A stretch of 61,809 bases of DNA, taken from contig CAVNZM010000026.1 in assembly GCA_963693365.1 (NCBI GenBank), positions 1-61,809 of the forward strand, in the 5' to 3' direction. Position numbers and translations under genes: made by a program. The stretch comes from Amoebidium appalachense. Lineage: Eukaryota > Protista > Ichthyosporea. Below are positions 44,291-59,694 of the stretch, one piece after another (position 1 is the stretch's first letter; every line of letters starts with the position of its first letter). The notes below the pieces were generated by a model. The model had not been told where the DNA came from, ran no database searches, and saw only the letters and a program-made list of their open reading frames with translations.

Positions 44291-44647
44291 ATGTCTGCGG
44301 TAGGCTACGACGAGGCGTTCGTGCGCGAGCGACTGGCCGAGGTCGAGGACGGGGTGTGCGGGGTGCCCACTCGGGCCGGCCGGATTGACGTGCTGACGAG
44401 CACGCAGGTCATCGAGGTGCAGCGTGTGTCGCAGTGGAAGACGGCGATCGGAAACGTGCTCGCATACAGCCACTACTACCCCGACCGCCAACCGAGGATC
44501 CACCTGTTCGACTATGCACCGGCCGACGTGTACAGGATTGCCGTGCAAACCATCACGTCGCTGAACATCACGCTTACAACCGAAGAGGACACCTTGCAGC
44601 TGATTTGGGGGGACGACCCGGGCAAAGACGTAAAAGACGAAAAATAA
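44291..44647 (+). CDS. PD-(D/E)XK nuclease paralogue with altered catalytic motif
   Basis: TRAGRIDVLT..IEVQ..WKTAIGNVLAY; EVK is changed to EVQ. Confidence 0.78.
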   Translation: MSAVGYDEAFVRERLAEVEDGVCGVPTRAGRIDVLTSTQVIEVQRVSQWKTAIGNVLAYSHYYPDRQPRIHLFDYAPADVYRIAVQTITSLNITLTTEEDTLQLIWGDDPGKDVKDEK

Positions 44648-44744
44648 ATAAATAAGCCACGGGCAAAAAGGTCAAAGCAGCGCAGAGTTTGCCAATATCC
44701 GGTCAAAGCTAGCGCAGAGTAGTGAACATTCAATAAAGCTAGCG

Positions 44745-46374
<1,630 letters not shown>

Positions 46375-46429
46375 TCCTCCCATCTACCCGCACAACCCCA
46401 ACCCCACATTATATCGTGCACCGGGTAAC

Positions 46430-46823
46430 ATGGACGCTGGCGCACCCCCTTCCCCCACCCAGCCCATTCGCACCCCCTCCCCCGATCCGCACAAGCCCGC
46501 GCAGCACCCCCGGGCCCTCCCCCATCCTACTGGCCATCCTGGCCGGCCTGATCCTCTACGTGCTCTGGGACACGTTCAGCCCACGTGTGCGGCGGCGCCT
46601 GGCGGTGCTCAAGTGCCAGCGCGCGTGCCCAATGTGTGCCAGCTGCGGCAGCTGCGTTCCCCGCCGCAAGTGTGCGCACTGCCCCCGCTGCCACGTGTGC
46701 GGTGCCAGCCCCGCCCGGTGCGCACAGTGCCCCGCATGCACGCGCTGCCCGCCCGAGCAGAAGTGCCCGGCGTGCCCCACGTGTGCGCATGCGCCTGCGG
46801 TGGTGATCAAGGAGCGCACTTGA
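46430..46823 (+). CDS. Membrane protein with CxxC repeats (start uncertain, probable frameshift)
   Basis: TM helix ILLAILAGLILYVLW followed by repeated CPxC motifs. Confidence 0.55.
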
Positions 46824-46859
46824 AGGGTTGGGTGAGCAGAGATTTTTGTGGCATAGAGT

Positions 46860-47120
46860 ATGGCGTACCGATGGGAGTACAAGCTGAAGGAGGAGCCCGG
46901 CAAGGCACCCGTGGTGCAGGCAACTATTGTGCCGACCGAGGCCACCACCCGGCGGACGCAGATGGAGCAACGAGTATATGCACAAGAGCTTGCGGAAAAG
47001 GGCTATATAGATCTGCCCGATGAGTTGGCGGAGAAGTGTGGATTCAAGAAGTGGGTGCCCAAGAATCAACGACAGACAGCAATTGTACTGCAGAAGATGA
47101 TGGAGCCTGAGGATGCATAG
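46860..47120 (+). CDS. Small hypothetical protein; last viral-style ORF
   Basis: 86-aa ATG ORF with a T-rich upstream motif. Confidence 0.5.
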   Translation: MAYRWEYKLKEEPGKAPVVQATIVPTEATTRRTQMEQRVYAQELAEKGYIDLPDELAEKCGFKKWVPKNQRQTAIVLQKMMEPEDA

Positions 47121-47322
47121 AGACCTACACAAGCCAAAGGATGAATGGACTCACACCACAAACATGGAAAATGTAAATGACGAGAGAATCTCCACAAACA
47201 TGGAAAATGTAAATGACGAGAGAATCTGTTGGGATGTTTAATTTTGATGAGCTGGAGTCTATCTCCCCCCCCCCCCCCCCTCCCCTACACCGTTCAATGA
47301 AAACTTGGTAGCATGTGTATCA

Positions 47323-47614
<292 letters not shown>

Positions 47615-47844
47615 CAATGTACGTGCCAGTGTGCTCGTACACAGATTGAAAAGGAGACTTGGGGTATATTAAATGGAGTCTCTCCCGCTACCACGGGCAA
47701 ATACATTCAATAGTCATTACGGAAACTTGGTACTGTTACCGGGCAAATACAATATACATGAAAATTTGGATAAGATTGAAGCAGATCACATTCGAATAAA
47801 CATTACAGAAAACTTGGTATGAAAACTTTGTACCACGTCTTTCC

Positions 47845-48100
47845 TCCACCACACCCATCACAAACCCTAAGTAAGATGTGAATGTGGGGCCTACCCGCCG
47901 CCACCACCACAACTACGTTTCCCCCACCGCACCCACCACAAACCCTAAGTAAGATGTGAATGTGGGGCCTACCCGCCGCCACCACCACAACTACGTTTCC
48001 CCCACCGCACCCACCACAAACCCTAAGTAAGATGTGAATGTGGGGCCTACCCGCCGCCACCACCACAACTACGTTTCCCCCACCGCACCCACCACAAACC
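47845..48100. repeat. 78-bp tandem repeat (~3.3 copies)
   Basis: cacaaaccctaagtaagatgtgaatgtgggg.. repeated. Confidence 0.9.
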
Positions 48101-48109
48101 ATGTGTGGT

Positions 48110-48451
48110 CTACCCACTCAAAAGCTCCTCCTCGAACTGCTCAAGCTCCTCCTCGAACTGCTCGATGTCAGCCTTGTACTTCTCTCTCAGCTTTTTCCAC
48201 TGTGCATGGGACACCTGTGGGTTGATAGTTGGGTGTAAGTAGTAGTCCAGCCAGGTGATTTGTTTATGCAAGGCTCAGACATCACTGTATGCCATTACCT
48301 CAAACACACCCACGCACCCACCAATACACCACCATGGCACACACCCACAGGAAACGAACTCCTACGTGTGGACCAGGTCAAGAAAAACTCTGCAAGGACT
48401 CAAAAAACCGTTTTTACGAACCCCTACATGTAATTGTGAATGCTAGGGCAT

Positions 48452-48509
<58 letters not shown>

Positions 48510-48540
48510 GTGTTTTTTTGTTTGTTGTTTTTTTTGGTTT

Positions 48541-48591
<51 letters not shown>

Positions 48592-49050
48592 GGGGGGGGG
48601 GTACCTCGAAAACGAGTTCCCTGTCAGTGTAGCCACACGTGCATGCCGGGGGGGGCTTCTTGCCAGCGACCACAAGCCAGTTGACCGTGGCAAAATTTAC
48701 CGCCTCGGCCAAGCTGCTACCAGCAGCATACCCAAAGTGGTATGCTCCAGGCAAGGTGCAGATGACCTCACCGGCGTGCTGAACCGTGCGCTGCACGGGG
48801 ATGCCCTTCTTCATCAAATAACGGGGGTGGATGAACACAGACTGCCCCACCCAAATGTTAGTCATATGAAAACCCGGGTGGTCGTTTTTGTAAGTGCTTT
48901 TTTGGTTCTTGTTCTTCACGTCTGTGTCTACCACTTGTTCTTCACGTCTGTGTCTACCACTTGTTCTTCACGTCTGTATCTACCACTCCCTCTCTCCCTC
49001 TTCTTGTTCGTCCTCTGTTACTGTGTGTGTGTGGTCGTTTTTTTTTTATT

Positions 49051-49089
<39 letters not shown>

Positions 49090-51399
49090 GTGGGGGGGCC
49101 TACCTTATGCTGTGTGACTTTCTTACAGATACCGGCCCCCGAAAGCTCAAGTCTCTCGTGGATATCCTCGAGGATAGACGTAACCTGTTCCTCGTACTCT
49201 GCACTGATCACGAACCAGATTTTCTCTCCTGGCCCACGGACCATGATGTTGACACTCCCAAGTAGAAGGTCTTCTGTGTGGAGCACAATCGGACCCCCAG
49301 TCGTGACACTGCAAAGAGGCATGGGATTAGTTGGGGCTAAAACAGTAATTACTTCCGACTAGATGTGGCCCAATACATTCCGAAAAGACCGACCCATACA
49401 CACACCCAGGATGGTTCTGTGAACATAAGGGGCGTTCTGCAAGCCTGCCTTTTTCCTTTGTTTAATTATTTGTTTTTTTTTTTTTGGGGGGGGGGGGGGG
49501 CATACTTATAGAGCATCGGTGTTGAGATGCCTACACGATCTTTGAATTCTCTTGATACTATTGAGTCAAGCGTCTCCAAGCTGAACATGTAGTCGATTTC
49601 TTTCTTCACCACCTGTCCCTCCTGTTAGTGCCTTCATGTTCACCATTCAACAACACACAGCATGCCTACATATACCCACCACAGTGCATCAACACAACAT
49701 ACACTCTCCGCTGCACACCCACGCACGCACGCATGCCTACACAACATACACCCCACGCACGCACGCATCCCTACACAACATACACTCTCCGCACAAACAC
49801 ACGCACGCACGCATCCCTACACAACATACACTCTCCGCACAAACACACGCACGCACGCATCCCTACACAACATACACTCTCCGCACAAACACACGCACGC
49901 ACGCATCCCTACACAACATACACTCTCCGCACAAACACACGCACGCACGCATCCCTACACAACATACACTCTCCGCACAAACACACGCACGCACGCATCC
50001 CTACACAACATCCACTCTCCGCACAAACACACGCACGCACGCATCACTACACAACATACACTCCCGCACAAACACACGCACGCACGCATCCCTACACAAC
50101 ATCCACTCTCCGCACAAACACACGCACGCACGCATCCCACACAACATACACTCCCGCACAAACACACGCACGCACGCATCCCTACACAACATACACTCTC
50201 CGCACAAACACACGCACGCACGCATCCCACACACACGCACACATGCCACGCAACATACACTCTCCGCACAAACACACGCACGCACGCATGCACAACATAC
50301 ACTCTCCGCACAAACACACGCACGCACGCATCCCTACACAACATCCACTCTCCGCACAAACACACGCACGCACGCATCCCTACACAACATACACTCTCCG
50401 CACAAACACACGCACGCACGCATCCCTACACAACATACACTCTCCGCACAAACACACGCACGCACGCATCCCTACACACACGCACACATGCCTACGCAAC
50501 ATACACTCTCCGCACAAACACACGCACGCACGCATGCACAACATACACTCTCTGCACAAACACACGCACGCACACATGCACAACATACACTCTCCGCACA
50601 AACACACGCACGCACGCATGCACAACATACACTCTCTGCACAAACACACGCACGCACACATGCACAACATACACTCTCCGCACAAACACACGCACGCACG
50701 CATGCACAACATACACTCTCTGCACAAACACACGCACGCACACATGCACAACATACACTCTCCGCACAAACACACGCACGCACACATGCACAACATCACT
50801 CTCCGCAAAAACACACACAACATACAAATCTTCGCCGCACACATACGTACCTCACTGGGTGTATGGGTGTTTTTAAGAGGCTTCAGATCTGTTCCGTAAA
50901 GGAACATTGATTTTTCACCATCCGATAGGGAGTCCAACAACCTCCAAAACTCCTCCTCCCCCACCGGATCCCCCTGCCCAATCGTGTTAGCCCCTGTTCA
51001 TGGTAACCACATCCTAGTGGTTGCAAATACGCACCTCTGGAATTTGCCCTATGATGTCCTCCCTATAAACGAGGAAGACATCCCTGATGGTGGTAGCCTC
51101 CACCCAAATCCGGGTGTAGGATTTTCTCACTCGTGTGGCCTGAGCAGCCTTTTTCAGCCCCTGCACTACCGGCTCGGGAGGCACGAACTTGACGGCACCA
51201 GCTGCCCGAAACTCGTGTTCTTTTTCGATTGACAAAACTATCTTCTCCAAGGAGAGCTTTTCTAGATGCATTTGGCGGAGATGTGCTACGGGTACCTCGT
51301 TGAACCCCGCCACCTCCCCAGTCTCAGTGTCTTGTTGTTGCCCCCTGTCCACCTCTCCCGCTTCTTGCTCTGTGTGTGCGTGCGTGTGTGTGCGTGTGT

Positions 51400-51450
<51 letters not shown>

Positions 51451-51537
51451 GCCGAGTGCATACATGGGTGCAGGTGCCTTCCCGTGGTGTGTGTGTGTGT
51501 GTGTGTGTGTCATGCATGCGTGCAGGTGCCTTCCCGT

Positions 51538-51569
<32 letters not shown>

Positions 51570-51651
51570 ATGCATGCGTGCAGGTGCCTTCCCGTGGTGT
51601 GTGTGTGTGTGTGTGTGTGTGTGTCATGCATGCGTGCAGGTGCCTTCCCGT

Positions 51652-51683
<32 letters not shown>

Positions 51684-51701
51684 ATGCATGCGTGCAGGTG
51701 C

Positions 51702-51741
<40 letters not shown>

Positions 51742-51893
51742 ATGCATGCGTGCAGGTGCCTTCCCGTGGTGTGTGTGTGTGTGTGTGTGTGTGTGATGAT
51801 GGTGGTGTTGTGTGTGTGTGTGTGTTGTGTGTGTGGGGAGATGGTGAGGTGTTGTGGTGTGTGTGTGGGGGTGTGTGGTATGGTGAGGTGTTC

Positions 51894-51928
<35 letters not shown>

Positions 51929-52006
51929 ATGCGTGCAGGTGCCTTCCCGTGGTGTGTGTGTGTGTGTGTGTGTGTGTGTCATGCATGCGTGCAGGTGCCT
52001 TCCCGT

Positions 52007-52040
<34 letters not shown>

Positions 52041-52349
52041 GGGGGAGGGAGGGGGGGGGGGGGGTTTAGCCGAGTGCATACATGCGTGCAGGTGCCTTTC
52101 CGTGGTGTGTGTGTGTGTGTGTGTGTGTCATGCATGCGTGCAGGTGCCTCCCGTGGTGTGTGTGTGTGTGTGTGTGTGTCATGCATGCGTGCAGGTGACT
52201 TCCCGTGGTGTGTGTGTGTGTGTGTGTGTGTGTGTGCATGCATGCGTGCAGGTGCCTTCCCGTGGTGTGTGTGTGTGTGTGTGTGTGTGGGGGAGGTGGG
52301 TGTGTGGTGGGGTGGTGTGTGTGTGTGTATGCATGCGTGCAGGTGCTTC

Positions 52350-52385
<36 letters not shown>

Positions 52386-52597
52386 GGGGGAGGGGGGGGG
52401 GGGTTTAGCCGAGTGCATACATGCGTGCAGGTGCCTTTCCGTGGTGTGTGTGTGTGTGTGTGTGTGTCATGCATGCGTGCAGGTGCCTCCCGTGGTGTGT
52501 GTGTGTGTGTGTGTGTGTCATGCATGCGTGCAGGTGCCTTCCCGTGGTGTGTGTGTGTGTGTGTGTGTGTCATGCATGCGTGCAGGTGCCTTCCCGT

Positions 52598-52633
<36 letters not shown>

Positions 52634-52781
52634 GGGGGGAGCCGGGGGGGGGGGGGGGTTAGGCCGAGTGATACATGGTGAGGTGCTTCGTGGGTGTGGG
52701 GGGGGGGGGGGGGGTGTGTGTGGGGGGGGAGGGGGGGGTGGTTGTGTGTGTGTGCATGCATGCGTGCAGGTGCCTTCCCGT

Positions 52782-52823
<42 letters not shown>

Positions 52824-52959
52824 GGGGAGGGGGGGGGGGGGGGGATGGGGGGTGGGATAGGCCTAGGTGCATGCATGCGTGCAGGTGCCTTCCCGTGGTG
52901 TGTGTGTGTGGGGGGGGGGGGGGAGGAGGGAGTGTGTGGGTGCTTCGTGGTGTGTGTGT

Positions 52960-52991
<32 letters not shown>

Positions 52992-54370
52992 TAGGCCTAG
53001 GTGCATGCATGCGTGCAGGTGCCTTCCCGTGGTGTGTGTGTGTGGGGGGGGGGGGGGGGGGATAAGCCGAGGTGCATGCATGCGTGCAGGTGTGTGATGG
53101 CTTCAATGTGTGGGTGATGGTGGTGTAGGTGGTTGGGTAATTGGGTGGTTGGTTGTGTGTGTGTGGGGGGGGGGGGGGGGGGGGGTTACCTGGCTGGAAA
53201 TCCCACTCTCCCCCTTCTCCCTCTCCTCTCCACTCTCCCCCTTCTCCCTCTCCAACCCCCTCTTCCCCTTCTCCCTCTCCTCTCCACTCTCCCCCTTCTC
53301 CCTCTCCTCTCCGCTCTTCCCCTTCTCCCTCTCCCCCCTCCCCCCCTCCCCCCCCCCCCCCCCCCCCCCCCCCCTCCCTCTCCACCCCCTCTCCCCCTTC
53401 TCCCTCTCCTCTCCACTCTCCCCCTTCTCCCTCTCCTCCCCACTCTCCCCCTTCTCCCTCTCCTCTCCACTCTCCCCCTTCTCCCTCTCCAACCCCCTCT
53501 TCCCCTTCTCCCTCTCCTCTCCACTCTCCCCCTTCTCCCTCTCCATCTCCCTCTTCCCCTTCTCCCTCTCCTCTCCACTCTCCCCCCCTTCTCCCTCTCC
53601 TCTCCCTCTTCCCCTTCTCCCTCTCCTCTCCACTCTCCCCCTTCTCCCTCTCCAACCCCCTCTTCCCCTTCTCCCTCTCCTCTCCACTCTCCCCCTTCTC
53701 CCTCTCCAACCCCCTCTTCCCCCTCTCCTTCATCATCACTCTTGTGGACCTCCACTTTTGCCCGCTTTTTCGGGTGGTTAATCGTCGGGGCCGGCAGTTT
53801 GACAGCAGGTCTGTCTGGAGGGCTGCGTGCAGCCCCATCCCACCACACTTCCCATCCGAGCCTTTTGAATATCCAAAAAATTTGTTTCTCCCCCGGCAAA
53901 GAACCCGATACTTCAGGTATGTGACTTAAGTCGTGGCTGCCACTGAAAGTGGAAAGTCGACTGAGCATCGCCGCCAAACCATCCGAGTTTCCATGATAGC
54001 TGCCAAGATCGTAAACTCTCCATTGAGGGCCACCCCATTTCAGAATCCAAGCAATAGTCGTATTGATACCCTTGTTGTTTTCGAGTTGTTGCAACTGATA
54101 TTTGTTCCTGTGATACAGACGCCCGTCGTTGAGTTCAAACAAGAAGACCGAAACATGATCTGAATCGTTGGGTTTCACAGCGTGTAATATTGGTGCCGTC
54201 TTCTTTCTTTGATAACGATTAAAACCCTGTCGTGTGAATAGCTCTTCACCCGTAAAAATGATTGTAGGATCAGTATGTTTCGAGAATATGAATGTTGGTG
54301 GGTTTGCTTGTATGCTACTCTGGAACGCATCATTGATGAGCGCCAGAAACTGTTCGTTGGTAGCAGCCAT
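48110..54370 (-). CDS. Multi-exon KDM4-like JmjN/JmjC histone demethylase
   Basis: Approximate exons 54370-53190, 51369-51035, 50973-50851, 49612-49506, 49308-49127, ~48900-48605 and ~48214-48110. They encode [10 protein letters not shown] (JmjN), [59 protein letters not shown] sites with CTAAC-type branch points. Confidence 0.88.
49690..50815. repeat. ~45-bp intronic minisatellite
   Basis: acaacatacactctccgcacaaacacacgcacgcacgcatccctac repeated about 25 times. Confidence 0.95.
51445..53095. repeat. Intronic compound repeat catgcgtgcaggtgccttcccgtgg-(TG)n
   Basis: More than 20 copies visible. Confidence 0.95.
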
Positions 54371-54463
54371 GTTGTTTGTGTGTATTTTGTGTTTGATTGT
54401 GAGCTTTTTTCTCGTCTGCGAGCGCGCTTGCTATGTGCTTGTGCCACTGCTGCGCTCGCGCTC

Positions 54464-54525
<62 letters not shown>

Positions 54526-55414
54526 CTGCCTGTGTGCTTGTGCCACTGCTGCGCTCGCGTCTAGTCTACAATGTGTGTGTTTAAAATGTGTCGGGAAAAA
54601 CGTGAAGGAAATTCTACGTGTCTGTATTCAAAGAAGAAAAGGCAGCTAAAAGCGCGACGTGCACAGACTAACAGGTCTGTGTTCTCGTTCTTTGTTTTGA
54701 CTCTGGCCTGCTTGCAACGTAAACAGTTTCAGCGCCGGGGTGCAAGTGACACGAACTGAAGTGGCGCGCTTCAATCATGTCATTGAAATGATAGCTGACC
54801 AATCAATAGTTTGTCCTGTTTGCCCAATTGCAAAATGGAATGTGTATTGGGCAATACTCGGCGCGCGTACGTGATAACTGGCCAATCAGTAAGATCGTTT
54901 CACCGACCCGGCTGCCCCTCTGCGTAGCCAAATTTGTGGCTAATTAAGTGTTATAACTTAGCAATAAAAATAATATACCCAAAATGATTAATTTATATTT
55001 ATTATGCAAATATTTGCTTAGAAATTTGTGTGGAAAGCGTTTTCTGAAACCAGTCTACGAAAAGCCTTTAGGATTTGCAACATCGTATCAAATTGGCTAA
55101 TCAGATCATGCCATGGCCGACACGCGTTTGCCCTTAGTACCAGTGCCCGATAGCCCCTATCCAACAATCACTGAATGATTCGCGTGCATTTGGGAATATT
55201 CGCGCCCGTGATAACTGGCTTATCAACTCGGCTGCTAATTATAGTATTACCGCCCTTGCTCCCCAGGACCCTTCCGCGAAGCAATATATATCGCTAATAT
55301 GTACCAATAAATACCAAAAGCACCAAAATAAATTGATTATACACTTTCTTAATACAAAAATTATGTGTGGAAAGCGTTTTGTGAATCCGGCATCTGAAGA
55401 GCCGATGGGGCACT

Positions 55415-55743
55415 TGGCCAATCAGATTATGACATGCGCTGCCTGGAGTGCCAGTGCCCTATCACGTGGATCCAACTGTTATACACCAATCAGAGCACGG
55501 AGAAGTCCGCGAATGAGATGGCCAATCAGATTATGAAATTCGCTGCCTGGAGTGCCAGTGCCCTATCACTGACGTGGATCCAACTGTTATACACCAATCA
55601 GAGCACAAAGAAGTCCGCGAATGAGATGACCATTGGACAATCAGATTATGAAATTCGCTGCCTGGAGTGCCAGTGCCCGATCACTGACGTGGATCCAACA
55701 ATCAGAGCACCAAGAAGTCCGCGAATGAGATGCTATTGGATAT

Positions 55744-55798
<55 letters not shown>

Positions 55799-56065
55799 GT
55801 GTGTGCGTGTGTGTGTGCGTGTGTGTGTGAGCTGTGTGTGCAAAAAGAGGGGAAATAAGCGCTGCATACAAAAGCCCCGAAGTGGAGTATACGACAAACC
55901 CAGCGCCCAAGCTTCATACCCAAAGTGGATACAATAAAAAGACAGTTGCTGTGTGTGCAAAGCTGTGTGTGCAAAAAGAGGGGAAATAAGCGCTGCATAC
56001 AAAAGCCCCGAAGTGGAGTATACGACAAACCCAGCGCCAGCGCTTCATACCCAAAGTGGATACAA
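55415..56065. repeat. CCAAT-rich tandem triplication and a ~130-bp duplication
   Basis: ccaatcagattatga..gcctggagtgccagtgccc..ccaatcagagcac x3; agctgtgtgtgcaaaaagagggg.. x2. Confidence 0.85.
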
Positions 56066-56469
56066 TATTTTACATCTCATGCACTACAAGGCTTGGCAAA
56101 GCTTGGTCCTCGGTCCTCAGTCCTCAATGGATCCCCTTATAAGAACATTTTGCTTCTAAAAATCATCGGTGATGGCCTTTTTGATCAGTTCACAGCCGCG
56201 TTTGCACATGAATGAATTTTGCTTTATTTTGGCTTTGTGTAAGAGGTTTTTTTCAGTTCACGGTGTGTTTGCACGCGATAGAATTTTCGTTTGCTTTGCT
56301 TTTTGTAAATAATTCAGTGACGACTTTTTTTGTTCGTATCTCTATTTCAGTGACGACTTTTTTTTGTTCGTATCTTTTTTTTTTTGGGAAGAAGTGTCTG
56401 ACTCTGACCTCCACGTTTTTCTAGGTAGTCTTTTCTATTTCACATTCCCCTCTTTTGAATTTGTGAACC

Positions 56470-57823
56470 ATGGATAGCGCCTCGCAAATGGTCGGGCAAA
56501 GCACAAACCCCGCCGACCCCACCGACCCCAAAAAGGGCACCCCCACCGACCCCACCGACCCCACCGACCAAAAAGGGCACCCCCGCCGACCCCACCGACC
56601 CCACCGACAAAAAGGGCACCCCCCGCCGACCCCGCCGACCCCACCGACAAAAAGGGCACCCCCCGCCGACCCCGCCGACCCCACCGACAAAAAGGGCACC
56701 CCCGCCGACCCCGCCGACCCCACCGACAAAAAGGGCACCCCCGCCGACCCCGCCGACCCCACCGACAAAAAGGGCACCCCCGCCGACCCCACCGACAAGG
56801 ACGTTTCTTCGGCTCCCATCGACCATAGACTTATGGAAGCACTACAGGCAGAAATGACATTGCAACTTAGTCAGGCTTTAGCCTCACTTGGCGTGACATC
56901 TGTGCCTGCTACACCCACCACCGCCGCCACCACCACCTTACTCGAATACAAAGAGAAATATGAAAATGCGGAGAAAGCGTTGCAAACGGTGAAAGATGAA
57001 AACAAACGGTTGACAGAAACGATTAGAGAGGTCAAAGAAGCAGCAGTCAAAGATAAATATACTGCTTCTGCAACGAACAACCTGTTGGCTGAGAGGGTTC
57101 AGGAACTCGAAGCTCGGCTCATTAGTGAGATGGCCGAAAAGTTATCCTTGCAGGATGAGGTGGCCTGGCAGAAGGAGGAAAATGCAAAAGTCGAGTCAGA
57201 GATGGCAGACCTGCAGAAAACCTATCGAAAGACAGTCAAGGAGAGCACACAAAAACTGCTTTTGGGCCTGAAACGCTCCCCCCATACATCCGACGTGGGG
57301 AGATACTCCCCCCCCCCCCTCTAGCGCTACCCAATCCGGTCGTTCATCCGTTGCCCGCCCCCACCAACGTCCTATTCAGAGTGCCCCCGCTCGCATAGAC
57401 CCCATGATGTCCAATCCCCACACACAAACATCCGACGTCGAGGAGATACTCCCCCCCCCCCCCTCTAGCGCTACCCAATCCGGTCGTTCATCCGTTGCCC
57501 GCCCCCACCAACGTCCTATTCAGAGTGCCCCCGCTCGCACAGACCCCATGATGTCCAGTCCCCACACAAAAACCGGGCTCGGGCTGAAGAGGGGGGCGGA
57601 TTCAGGTGGGAATGTGCCCAAACGGTTCCGGGGCGGAGAGAGAGAAAGGCCCAAGGAATCAATAGATAAGATTCTCGACGAAGCAGCCAGAGAGGAGGAT
57701 GAGAAGAAGCGGAAAGAAAGCAGTCGTGCAGGGCAGGGCAAGAAAGAAAGACCATCGGGCAAGAAAACGGTGCTCCGCACACGGAGGCCTGTGACTTCCA
57801 GTGACGATGACCATTCGGTCTGA
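56470..57823 (+). CDS. Repeat (PADPTDKKGT) plus coiled-coil protein, frameshift at poly-C near 57310
   Basis: ORFs 56470-57324 and 57404-57823 are linked by an internal duplication containing the C-run. Confidence 0.65.
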
Positions 57824-58020
57824 AAGACTTTGTGTGTGTTTTTTTTGTTTTGTTTTTTTTTTTGTTTTTTTTTTTTGTGGGGGGGGGGGGGGGGGGGGGG
57901 GGGGGCTTCGACTATGTTACATGGCAGAGCCTAAGACGTTGGAGTGATGCCGTGTGAAATGTGGAAAAATATAGACTTGGCTATGAAACACGGAAAGCAT
58001 TGTTTTTTTTTTTTTTTTTT

Positions 58021-58059
<39 letters not shown>

Positions 58060-58184
58060 GCTTCGACTATGTTACATGGCAGAGCCTAGGACGTGGGAGT
58101 GATGCCGTGTGAAATCTGGAAAAATATAGACTTGAAAGCATTGTTTTTTTTTTGTTTTTGTTTTTTTTTTTTTTTTTTTTTTTT

Positions 58185-58216
<32 letters not shown>

Positions 58217-58369
58217 CTTCGACTATGTTACATGGCAGAGCCTACGGTTTCTGTATAATGTATAGGTAGAAGTTTTGGGATTTCTTTTTACAATCGGTTG
58301 GAGATGGATTTTATAAAAAGAAATCCAGTGTTATCTGAATCTGTGCTTACCCCACATGCTTGTATACAC

Positions 58370-59545
58370 AGACGTGATGCACGTCTAAGTCCTTCACACA
58401 CTCAAAGAGTCCCACCACCCACATGCACTAGCACTATTTCTCTCTTCCTGCTCTGTATCCCCCCTCCCCCCTTCATGCATGCACGTCTAAGTCCTTCAAT
58501 CCCCATGCCATGCACACACTCAAAGAGTCCCCCACCACCCACATGCACTAGCACCATTTCTCTCTTCCTGCTCTATATCCCCCCCCCCACCCCCCCCCCT
58601 CCCCTTCCCCCTTCATGCATGCACGTCTAAGTCCTTCAATCCCCATGCCATGCACACACTCAAAGAGTCCCCCACCACCCACATGCACTAGCACCATTTC
58701 TCTCTTCCTGCTCTATATCCCCCCCCCCCCCCCCCCCCCCCTCCCCTCCCCCCTTCATGCATGCACGTCTAAGTCCTTCAATCCCCATGCCATGCACACA
58801 CTCAAAGAGTCCCCCACCACCCACATGCACTAGCACCATTTCTCTCTTCCTGCTCTATATCCCCCCCCACCCCCCCCTCCCCTTCCCCCTTCATGCATGC
58901 ACGTCTAAGTCCTTCAATCCCCATGCCATGCACACACTCAAAGAGTCCCCCACCACCCACATGCACTAGCACCATTTCTCTCTTCCTGCTCTATATCCCC
59001 CCCCCCCCCCCCCCCCTCCCCTCCCCCCCCTTCATGCATGCACGTCTAAGTCCTTCAATCCCCATGCCATGCACACATTCAAAGAGTCCCCCACCACCCA
59101 CATGCACTAGCACCATTTCTCTCTTCCTGCTCTATATCCCCCCCCCCCTCCCCTCCCCCCTTCATGCATGCACGTCTAAGTCCTTCAATCCCCATGCCAT
59201 GCATGCATTCAAAGAGTCCCCCACCACCCACATGCACTAGCACCATTTCTCTCTTCCTGTCTCTATATCCCCCCCCCCCTCCCCTCCCCCCTTCATGCAT
59301 GCACGTCTAAGTCCTTCAATCCCCATGCCATGCATGCATTCAAAGAGTCCCCCCACCACCCACATGCACTAGCACCATTTCTCTCTTCCTGCTCTATATC
59401 CCCCCCCCCCCCCCCCCCCTCCCCTCCCCCCTTCATGCATGCACGTCTAACTAAGTCCTTCAATCCCCATGCCATGCATGCATTCAAAGAGTCCCCCACC
59501 ACCCACATGCACTAGCACCATTTCTCTCTTCCTGCTCTGTATTCC
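58370..59545. repeat. ~135-bp tandem repeat (~9 copies)
   Basis: catgcacgtctaagtccttcaatcccc..cactagcaccatttctctcttcc repeated. Confidence 0.95.
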
Positions 59546-59694
59546 CTGCATGCACTAGCAGTGTTACTCGTTCATCCCAGCCCGGGCCAATGGTATGCAA
59601 AGTAACTGTATCGGCCGTGCAGCGCTGTCGTTGTGTGTTTATTTTCGTGTTTTCGGGTCGGTGCACGTGTGGTGTGGAGTACCATGTTTATTGG

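Noticed and set aside
47157-47226. Short direct repeat at the right viral edge as an att site or TSD
   Set aside because: It is a local tandem duplication and no matching copy was seen at the left edge.
47862-48030. AACCCTAA telomere-like motif
   Set aside because: Only a single unit inside each 78-bp repeat, not a telomeric array.
49628-50910. Three ~400-aa ORFs
   Set aside because: Stop-free minisatellite within a JmjC intron.
51445-53095. Constant repeat with variable spacers (possible CRISPR)
   Set aside because: The spacers are (TG)n microsatellites inside an intron.
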